From a virus (Duplodnaviria > Caudoviricetes), in IMG/VR virus record IMGVR_UViG_3300031111_000529, positions 1 through 52,630 of that record: a stretch of DNA of 52,630 bases. The stretch is one strand, 5' to 3'. Of the stretch, positions 18,363 through 25,512 are shown piece after piece (the stretch's first letter is position 1; every line of letters starts with the position of its first letter). Under the pieces are notes generated by a model, which saw nothing but the letters and a program-made list of their open reading frames with translations, made no database searches and was not told where the DNA came from. The position numbers were made by a program, and so were the translations under genes.

Positions 18363-20736
18363 GACGGGCGCCAGAATACCGGGCGAATGCAGTGTGGGCA
18401 AGCAGGCCCACGTTTACTTAAGCGCCGGCCTGTGCGTCCTGCCCGCCCGTCGCGACCAGAAGCGCCCGACAGTGGCGTGGAAGGCGTTCCAGAAGCGTCT
18501 GCCCACCTCCAGCGAGATCGACGCATGGTTCGCCAACGGCCACAGTGCGCTATGCCTGCTCACCGGCGAGGTGTCGGGTCGGCTGGAGTTGATCGATTTC
18601 GACAACGGCGGCGAACTCTTCCAACAGTGGTGTGATAAGGTCCGCGCGGTGGCGCCCGGTCTGCTGGAGCGGCTTGTTCTGTCCAGGACTCAGTCCGACG
18701 GACGCCACGCCGTCTACCGCCATGAGGCGGAGATCTGCGGCAACCTGAAGCTGGCCCAACGCCGCAGTGGTGACAAGATTACCACGCTCATCGAGACTCG
18801 TGGCGAGGGCGGGCTGTTCCTGTGCGCCCCGACGGATGGGTACGAGCTGATCCAGGGCGACCTGTGTGACCTGCCCGTCCTGACCGAACCCGAGCGCGAC
18901 GTTCTCCTGCAGGCGGCCTGGGATCTGAACGAATACATGCCGCCGGTGGTCGATGGTCCGAAGGGATCGGCGAATCTTGGCCACAGGGGGCCACTGTCGG
19001 CCCACAGTTCGAATAACTCGCCCTTATCGGCCCACCCGGCCAACAATCCACCGATCTCCGCCCACGACGCCGACAGTGCGCCCATGTCGGCGGATAATTC
19101 GCACAGGCCCGGCGATGATTTCAATGATCGCGGAGATGTGGGGTCCATGCTCGAACAATACGGATGGGTTCGCACCAAGGGCGGAGAGAACGAATACTGG
19201 CGACGACCGGGCAAGGAATCGGGCACATCGGCCACCCTCAAGGACCGGGTCTTCTACGTCTTCTCGTCCAATGCCTCGCCGTTCGAGCCCAACCAGGCCT
19301 ATTCTCCGTTTGCGGTCTGCGCATTGCTTGATCATGGCGGAGATTACGAACAGGCAGCCAGTTCTCTGCGACAGCTGGGATACGGAGGCGATGGTCCGCC
19401 AGATGTTCCCACAGGTGTGGACATCTCGGCCATCGTTCAGGCATGTGGCCCACGGCCGCCCGATGATTCGGAAGGTCCGCCACCTGCGTCGAACATCGCC
19501 GACCCCGGGCCGATGTCCGCCGACATGCTGCGGGTGCCCGGCTTTGTCGGCGAGGTAATAGACCACTGCCTGGACACCGCGCCATATCCCAGCCCTGTAA
19601 TGGCCTTCTGCGGCGCGCTATCGCTGCTGGCTTTCCTGGCCGGGCGCAAGGTGCGTGACAACGGCGATAACCGCACGAACATCTACCTGCTGGGCCTGGC
19701 GCACTCCGCTGCCGGCAAGGACTGGCCACGCAAGGTCAACACCCGCATCGTCCATGAGGTGGGTCTGGCCAACTGCCTCGGCGAACGGTTCGCATCAGGC
19801 GAAGGCATCCAGGACGCGCTATTTCAGACCCCGAGCATGCTCTTCCAGACCGACGAGATCGACAGCATGCTCCAGTCGATCAACAAGGCCAAGGACGCCC
19901 GGCATGAAGCGATCATGAGTACGCTGCTGACGATGTACTCGTCGGCCAACAGCGTCTTCCCCATGCGGCGCAAGGCGGGCAAGGAATCGCCTGGCGTCAT
20001 CGATCAGCCCAGCCTGGTCATCTTCGGCACGGCCATTCCGAACCACTACTACAAGGCCCTGAGCGAGCGGATGCTCACCAACGGCTTCTTCGCCCGCATG
20101 ATCATCCTCGAGGCCGGGCCGCGCGGCATGGGCCAAGAGCCGAGTATCCGCGACCTACCACCACGCGTGTTGGCGACGGCCAAATGGTGGGCCGACTACC
20201 AGACTGGCACGGGCAACCTCCAAGACTGGCATCCGGTGCCAGCGATGATTGAGCATACGGCCGAAGCCAAGCGGCTGCTCGTCGAGACCCGCGAGCAAGC
20301 GGAGGCCGAGTATGCCAAGGCCGAGGCGGGTAGCGATCCGGTGGGTACAACCGTCTGGGGACGGGTCAGTGAGCAGACTCGTAAGTTGGCCCTGCTCTAT
20401 GCCATCAGTGAGAACCACGTCTCGCCGCGCATCGGCCTGGCGGCCGTGCAATGGGCATCGGCGTTCGTGATGCACCAGACACGCCGAATGCTGTTCATGG
20501 CGGCCTCTCACGTGGCGGACAGTCCCTTTCACGCCGAATGCCTGAAGGTGATCGAGAAGCTGCGTGAAGCGCCGGGGTGTGAGTTGTCGCACAGCGTGAT
20601 GCTGAAGCGGATGAAGATGAAGGCGAAGGAATTCCACGATCTGATCGAAACGCTGGTGCAGCGAGGCGAGGTGCAGGTGGTTACCACGCCGAAGCCCGGC
20701 TGGCATATGCGGTCGTACCGGCTGATCGGGGGGTGA
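18361..20736 (+). CDS. Bifunctional primase-polymerase (Prim-Pol) fused to DUF3987-type helicase/ATPase
   Basis: GLCVLP..KRP..WK..Q, ELIDFD, GRHAVY, ETRGEGG (Prim-Pol); WRRPGK; LAHSAAGKD, DEID and SERMLTNGFFAR (DUF3987-like); start uncertain (18361 or ~18393). Confidence 0.88.
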   Translation: MTGARIPGECSVGKQAHVYLSAGLCVLPARRDQKRPTVAWKAFQKRLPTSSEIDAWFANGHSALCLLTGEVSGRLELIDFDNGGELFQQWCDKVRAVAPGLLERLVLSRTQSDGRHAVYRHEAEICGNLKLAQRRSGDKITTLIETRGEGGLFLCAPTDGYELIQGDLCDLPVLTEPERDVLLQAAWDLNEYMPPVVDGPKGSANLGHRGPLSAHSSNNSPLSAHPANNPPISAHDADSAPMSADNSHRPGDDFNDRGDVGSMLEQYGWVRTKGGENEYWRRPGKESGTSATLKDRVFYVFSSNASPFEPNQAYSPFAVCALLDHGGDYEQAASSLRQLGYGGDGPPDVPTGVDISAIVQACGPRPPDDSEGPPPASNIADPGPMSADMLRVPGFVGEVIDHCLDTAPYPSPVMAFCGALSLLAFLAGRKVRDNGDNRTNIYLLGLAHSAAGKDWPRKVNTRIVHEVGLANCLGERFASGEGIQDALFQTPSMLFQTDEIDSMLQSINKAKDARHEAIMSTLLTMYSSANSVFPMRRKAGKESPGVIDQPSLVIFGTAIPNHYYKALSERMLTNGFFARMIILEAGPRGMGQEPSIRDLPPRVLATAKWWADYQTGTGNLQDWHPVPAMIEHTAEAKRLLVETREQAEAEYAKAEAGSDPVGTTVWGRVSEQTRKLALLYAISENHVSPRIGLAAVQWASAFVMHQTRRMLFMAASHVADSPFHAECLKVIEKLREAPGCELSHSVMLKRMKMKAKEFHDLIETLVQRGEVQVVTTPKPGWHMRSYRLIGG
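18988..19107 (+). repeat. Four degenerate 30-bp in-frame tandem repeats (P[LIM]SA[HD] decapeptide)
   Basis: GPLSAHSSNN/SPLSAHPANN/PPISAHDADS/APMSADNSHR. Confidence 0.7.
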
Positions 20737-21020
20737 ATCTCAAGGTGAAACTTGGCGGTGAGGTGAAACATGACAATGAACGCAGGCAAGAAAACGAGGG
20801 TTTGGGGTGGTGAAGATTCCCAAGATTCACCCAAGATTCACCCCCCAAAGGTGAAACTTCAGATCGAAGGAAATGCCCTATATATAAAGAGAAACAACAA
20901 CTCTCTCTTTATGTTTCACCCTTTCACCCCCATCCCCCCACACGCGATGCCCGCACGCGTATATGTGCGTGTGTGCGTGAGGGGGGGTGAAACTTCGAAT
21001 CTTCAGATTAGGTACTTCCC
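20730..21020. repeat. Putative replication origin: about 10 GGTGAA/TTCACC iterons around an AT-rich core
   Basis: GGTGAA at 20732, 20744, 20762, 20809, 20850, 20985; TTCACC at 20826, 20837, 20915, 20923; TATATATAAAGAGAAACAACAACTCTCTCTTTA core; directly downstream of the primase. Confidence 0.7.
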
Positions 21021-21127
21021 GGCCAGAGGGCCAGGAGATGCCAGCGGGAACAGTCGCGCCCATAGGCAGAGTTAGTTTGTGATGTCCGGTTTTTCTACAT
21101 GACCCCAACTTACATGGAGGTGCACCC

Positions 21128-22474
21128 ATGACGACAAAGACGTTCGACGTAGAGCTTCGCAAGATCGACGACATCCGCCCGTATGAGCGGAACCCACGCG
21201 TCAATGACCAAGCCGTGGACGCCGTGGCGGCCAGCCTGAAGGAGTTCGGCTTCCGCCAGCCGATCGTGGTGGACACCAATGGCGTGATCCTCGCCGGCCA
21301 CACAAGATGGAAGGCCGCGAGGAAGCTCGGGCTTGCCAAGGTGCCGGTCCACGTCGCCACGGATCTGACACCTGAGCAGATCAAGGCGTACAGGATCGCA
21401 GATAACCAGACCGCGACGCTGGCCGAGTGGGACTTCGACCTGCTGCCAATCGAGCTGAAGGACCTGCAGGGCGTGGACTACGATCTGAATCTGCTCGGCT
21501 TCGACGGGGACGAACTGGCCCATCTGCTCGACGGCGATCTGGCCGAGGGCCTGACCGACCCAGACCAGATTCCTGAGCCGCCCGACGAGGCCATCACCAA
21601 GCCGGGCGACCTGTGGATTCTGGGCGAGCACCGGCTGTTGTGTGGCGACAGCGGCAACGAGGTCGACCTCGACCGCCTGCTGGACGGGGCGACCATCGAT
21701 CTTCTGGCGTGCGATCCGCCGTATAACGTGAAGGTCGAACCGCGTAGCAGCACGGCCATCGCCGCCGGACTCAGTTCCCACCCCGACCTTTCGAAGCCTT
21801 CTGGAAAAATGCACCACCAGAGCTTTGACGTTGCACGCGGTGTGACCGACCCGAAAAAGGCCCGCAAGAAGATGCGTGCTAAGGACCGACCGCTGGAGAA
21901 CGACTTCCTCAGCGACGAGGCGTTCGACGAGATGCTCATGGCGTGGTTTGGCAATGCCTCGCGCGTGCTCAAGCCTGGTGGGTCGTTCTACATCTGGGGC
22001 GGGTATGCCAACCTCGGCAACTACCCCGCGCCGCTGAAGGCCGCCGGGCTGTACTTTTCACAGGGAATCGTCTGGGACAAGCAGCACCCGGTTCTAACGC
22101 GCAAGGACTTCATGGGCGCTTTCGAGATCTGTTTCTACGGATGGAAGGAGGGCGCGGGCCATAAGTTCTTCGGCCCCAACAACGCTACGGACTTGTGGCA
22201 CGTCAAGAAGGTCAACCCACAGTCGATGGTGCACTTGACGGAGAAGCCCGTCGAGTTGGCCGTGCGCTCGGTTCAGTATTCCAGCCGTCCCGGAGAGAAC
22301 GTCCTAGATCTGTTCGGCGGATCGGGCTCGACGCTCATCGGGTGCGAGCAGACGAACCGCAAGGCATTCCTGATGGAACTCGACGCGTTGTACTGCGATG
22401 TGATCGTGCAGCGATGGGAGGAGTTCACGGGCAGGAAGGCAGAGCGAGTGAAGCAAGAGCAGGCAGTTACCTGA
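21128..22474 (+). CDS. ParB/Srx N-terminal domain fused to N4/N6 DNA methyltransferase
   Basis: RNPR..D.AV..VAASLKEFGFRQPIVVD...AGHTR (ParB); DPPYNV, HLTEKP and LDLFGGSGST (beta-class MTase). Confidence 0.93.
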   Translation: MTTKTFDVELRKIDDIRPYERNPRVNDQAVDAVAASLKEFGFRQPIVVDTNGVILAGHTRWKAARKLGLAKVPVHVATDLTPEQIKAYRIADNQTATLAEWDFDLLPIELKDLQGVDYDLNLLGFDGDELAHLLDGDLAEGLTDPDQIPEPPDEAITKPGDLWILGEHRLLCGDSGNEVDLDRLLDGATIDLLACDPPYNVKVEPRSSTAIAAGLSSHPDLSKPSGKMHHQSFDVARGVTDPKKARKKMRAKDRPLENDFLSDEAFDEMLMAWFGNASRVLKPGGSFYIWGGYANLGNYPAPLKAAGLYFSQGIVWDKQHPVLTRKDFMGAFEICFYGWKEGAGHKFFGPNNATDLWHVKKVNPQSMVHLTEKPVELAVRSVQYSSRPGENVLDLFGGSGSTLIGCEQTNRKAFLMELDALYCDVIVQRWEEFTGRKAERVKQEQAVT

Positions 22475-22488
22475 CCGTATGTAAGAGT

Positions 22489-23034
22489 TCAGAGTGTTGA
22501 TTCAACCGCGCGGACTACGAGGCCATCTTCGAATGCGTTCCAAGCCCGAAAGTTCCGCAGAACGAATGCACGCAGAAAGAGCGTCGCCGCCTCATAGAGC
22601 AGACGGTTCAGCCACAAGGAAAGAAGAAATGCAATGAGGAATAGGTTTACCCATAGCTCATCTATGACTCTGGAGACGGCTACGGCAATTGCACCAACAA
22701 GCAGTAGTGTAATCAGACCGATCTTGGCGCTACCACGTGCGGACATTGAGGAATACACGAACCAAGCAATGACTACGCCGGGAACGGCGAGGAAGGCCCA
22801 CCAGTGGAAGGCGAGAACTGCGAAGAGGCAACTGGCAACTAGAACCAAAGGTGTGCCGAGGAAAGTAATCCACACGACCGCTTTCTCAATGTACACAGGT
22901 TCTCCTGTGAGCCCTTCAACGCGCCGAAGAGAGACATCGGTGTACATCTTCCTCGCATATGTGCGATCAACACCAACTAGAACGCTGCCCTGTTTCTCAG
23001 CCTCAACAAGCTCTCTGTGCTCCCGTTCGGTCAT
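22489..23034 (-). CDS. Membrane protein moron (about 4 hydrophobic segments)
   Basis: MTEREHRELVE...; AAAGGA RBS; hydrophobic helices; visibly lower GC than flanks. Confidence 0.75.
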   Translation of the reverse strand: MTEREHRELVEAEKQGSVLVGVDRTYARKMYTDVSLRRVEGLTGEPVYIEKAVVWITFLGTPLVLVASCLFAVLAFHWWAFLAVPGVVIAWFVYSSMSARGSAKIGLITLLLVGAIAVAVSRVIDELWVNLFLIAFLLSLWLNRLLYEAATLFLRAFVLRNFRAWNAFEDGLVVRAVESTL

Positions 23035-23173
23035 GATTCCTTTCTCAAGTCTCGGCGTTTGTAGTTCGTGCATCCGGACCATGAGGTCTGCTGGGCAGTG
23101 TAAACCCCGATTCCCTGCACTGCAAGAGAGGGACTCAATGCCTTGCCAGCGGCAAGCCACGAAGCCCCAAGAG

Positions 23174-23198
23174 CACCCCGGCCAAGGTGACCGGGGTG
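23174..23198 (-). terminator. Hairpin downstream of the antisense small-gene operon
   Basis: CACCCCGGTCA-CCT-TGGCCGGGGTG followed by CTCTT on the minus strand. Confidence 0.45.
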
Positions 23199-23221
23199 GA
23201 GGAGGAGGTGTGAGACTGGCG

Positions 23222-23797
23222 CTACTTGGCCAGCTCGAACTTGCCCCGCTCGACCTTGCGGAACCGTGCGGCGTCGCCCTTGGTGGCGATCTCACGGATG
23301 ATGGCAGCATAGATGGTTGCTGCCGGTGTCTTGCCCTTGGTCTGCCAGAGGCCCTTGGCCAGCATCTGTTCGACCATGTCCTTGGCTCCAAGAGGCCCCT
23401 TGGCATCGGCCAGCACCTGCGCGGCTGCGTCAAGGCCGCTGGAGCGTTTCTTCTTGTCCTTCTCAACTGCCACCATCGCGGCGCTGACGGCGTCGGCCTT
23501 GTTGGCCTCGGTGATGCGGCCGCGTTTCTTCTTCGACGTCGGTACGGTGACGCCCTTGGCCAGATCGCCTTTCTGGACGGCCTCGACCGTCTTGGCGATG
23601 TCGGGCTTGATCTTGCCAGGCGCCCTCGTCTCGTGACGGAGGCGCTGGGCGGACCTGATGCGAATCTTCTTGTTCGTTCGCATGTTGGTGGCATCCCAGC
23701 CGCCGCGCGGGTTGGCCGCGTCGATGCGGACGGTAGCCATGTTGCCGCTGACCTTCGCTGCGTAGTGCTTGCCAATCTTGATCTCGCTCTTCTTCAT
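23222..23797 (-). CDS. Basic protein with C-terminal HARE-HTH (winged helix)
   Basis: SGLDAAAQVL...MVEQMLAKGLWQTKGKTPAATIYAAIIREI...RFRKVERGKF; AAAGGAAAG RBS. Confidence 0.85.
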   Translation of the reverse strand: MKKSEIKIGKHYAAKVSGNMATVRIDAANPRGGWDATNMRTNKKIRIRSAQRLRHETRAPGKIKPDIAKTVEAVQKGDLAKGVTVPTSKKKRGRITEANKADAVSAAMVAVEKDKKKRSSGLDAAAQVLADAKGPLGAKDMVEQMLAKGLWQTKGKTPAATIYAAIIREIATKGDAARFRKVERGKFELAK

Positions 23798-23836
23798 GAT
23801 GCTTTCCTTTCTGCTGGGCCCGGTTGGCCCGGTGTC

Positions 23837-24115
23837 CTAAAATCCGACCTCTTCGCAGAGGCGGTTCTGCTGGTCGCCGCCGCCGACCACGTCGGTCAGC
23901 AGATCGGCGAACCACTGAATTTGCCGGTTTACGTCGTCGCTCTTGGTGCTGCCTGCTCGAAGCAGCGATGCGATGGCAGCCACCGCATGTGGCGAAAGCT
24001 TGTCACGGACAGCGCCGGCCAGGATGTCCTTGGGCTCTGGGTCTTCAGGCACGGTCACGCGCGTCTTGCGGCCTCGGATCGTTGCCTCGTATGTCTTGGA
24101 TCTCTTCTGCTTCAC
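23837..24115 (-). CDS. Hypothetical protein
   Basis: AAGGAGAG RBS, GTG start, part of a tightly packed antisense operon. Confidence 0.7.
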   Translation of the reverse strand: MKQKRSKTYEATIRGRKTRVTVPEDPEPKDILAGAVRDKLSPHAVAAIASLLRAGSTKSDDVNRQIQWFADLLTDVVGGGDQQNRLCEEVGF

Positions 24116-24130
24116 GGTTGCTCTCCTTGC

Positions 24131-24532
24131 TCAGCGGCTCTGGACGATGGTCAGCTGGAACTCGCTGCCGTCGTCTGTGGTGATGACCAGACCGGCGCTA
24201 TCGGTCAGTACGCCGGCCTCGTCGAAGGTGCTGACGCGCTCGATCTGGGCCAGGTCTTCCGGCATGTCGAAGTGGTCGAGATCGTCGATATCCATGTTGG
24301 ATACCTCCTCGAGCAGCGTCTTCAGGCTGCCCTGGAACTTTGTTGGGCTCGTTGTCTCGCCATAGCTCTGCAGCATTCGTCGCCAGAGTGTTTCGCTCAT
24401 AGGCTCGTGGGCCTCCAGCAGGCCGTCGCCTTCGACCTGCCAGAGCGTGGGGTCTACCGGGTTGGTCGAGACGGTCACCAGCCCGTCTGCGATGCGGTTG
24501 GCTTGGTCGATGGTCAGCTTTCTGTCTGTCAC
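24131..24532 (-). CDS. Acidic hypothetical protein
   Basis: AAAGGAG RBS; C-terminal VSTFDEAGVLT...GLVI...DGSEFQLTIVQSR. Confidence 0.75.
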   Translation of the reverse strand: MTDRKLTIDQANRIADGLVTVSTNPVDPTLWQVEGDGLLEAHEPMSETLWRRMLQSYGETTSPTKFQGSLKTLLEEVSNMDIDDLDHFDMPEDLAQIERVSTFDEAGVLTDSAGLVITTDDGSEFQLTIVQSR

Positions 24533-24544
24533 GATGGTCTCCTT

Positions 24545-24832
24545 TCACCCAGCGAAGTGCTGGATTGCCCTGTAGTAGTCGTCGATCTCGCTGTTGGTGC
24601 CCTCGTAGCCGTCGAGGGCGTGCTGAAGGATCTCGGCCATCGACCATTGGTCGTCGCTGTCGCCGGCCTGGACCTGGTGGGTGCGTTCGCTGCCGGGCAT
24701 GAGCAATTCGACCGTGATGTACTCGTCGCCCGGCTTGCGGCCGATGCGTGCGAAGGCTCGCGGAAGGCCGGGCGTGCCGTCGCCAAGCGTGGTCTTGCTC
24801 TCGCCTGCCAGTTCGATGCTCGTGATTCTCAT
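24545..24832 (-). CDS. Acidic hypothetical protein
   Basis: AAGGAG RBS, ATG start, operon packing. Confidence 0.72.
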   Translation of the reverse strand: MRITSIELAGESKTTLGDGTPGLPRAFARIGRKPGDEYITVELLMPGSERTHQVQAGDSDDQWSMAEILQHALDGYEGTNSEIDDYYRAIQHFAG

Positions 24833-24862
24833 GGTCGTGCTCCTTGTCTCTTGGGTTGGTGG

Positions 24863-25090
24863 CTACTCAGCGTTGAGTGCCAGGATGGTGCTGGGCGTGT
24901 AGCCGCAACGTCGCGCCTCGGCGTTGATGGCCTTGCGGATTCGGCTGCCCGACCGGTTGGCGTAGTAGATCCTCGCCAGTCGCTTCCAGCCGAGCGTCTC
25001 GATCCGCCTGCGTCCATTCCTCATGGTCGCGGTGAGCCATTCGTAGCTTTCTGTGGTGCTGTTCGTCGTCTTCTTCGTGTTCGCCGTCAT
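24863..25090 (-). CDS. Small basic hypothetical protein (first gene of the antisense operon)
   Basis: AAAGGA RBS before ATG 25090; MTANTKKTT... Confidence 0.65.
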   Translation of the reverse strand: MTANTKKTTNSTTESYEWLTATMRNGRRRIETLGWKRLARIYYANRSGSRIRKAINAEARRCGYTPSTILALNAE

Positions 25091-25287
25091 CGTTATTCCT
25101 TTCTTGTTCATGGTTTATGTTCGTTCTTAACAGACACACATTACCTCGATATGGCGACATCACGAAGGGGAATAACATCTTTCTGGCAAAGGAGTTACGC
25201 CCGTAACCATCGACAGTGTCGCAGCCTAGGACATGGGCGGAAGATTCTCGGCGGAATCCGCCAAGTTCCTGCATGGAGGACGGCCGC

Positions 25288-25512
25288 TTGAGCGAAACGA
25301 CGCCCAGCCTGACGGCGCTGACGGTGGCCCAGGTGAGCCAGGTGCTATCCGCTGCCGGCGGCCGGCGGATCACCGAGGATATGCTCCGCGCCGACATTGA
25401 CGCCGGATCGCCCGTCAACGCCGACGGCACGCTGAACCTGGTCCACTACGCCGCCTGGCTCGTGCGGGAGGTGAGCCGCGGCGGAGGCAGAGGAGAAGCC
25501 GGTGGCGATTGA
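25288..25512 (+). CDS. Small HTH-like protein, probable terminase small subunit
   Basis: GGAGGA RBS plus TTG; LTVAQVSQVL...DGTLNLVHYAAWL; overlaps the start of the large terminase. Confidence 0.65.
   Translation: MSETTPSLTALTVAQVSQVLSAAGGRRITEDMLRADIDAGSPVNADGTLNLVHYAAWLVREVSRGGGRGEAGGD

Noticed and set aside
16895-18364. 489-aa plus-strand ORF between helicase and primase
   Set aside because: Shadow of two minus-strand nuclease-like genes; no recognisable domain.
20770-21075. 101-aa ORF after the primase
   Set aside because: It translates the iteron/AT-rich region and has no RBS or protein-like composition.
22489-23775. 428-aa version of the membrane moron
   Set aside because: The N-terminal part is an off-frame overlap of the HARE-HTH gene and crosses a terminator-like hairpin; the RBS supports a start at 23034.
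22634-25291. 885-aa plus-strand ORF
   Set aside because: Antisense shadow of six minus-strand genes that each have a good RBS; no motifs; expected in high-GC DNA.
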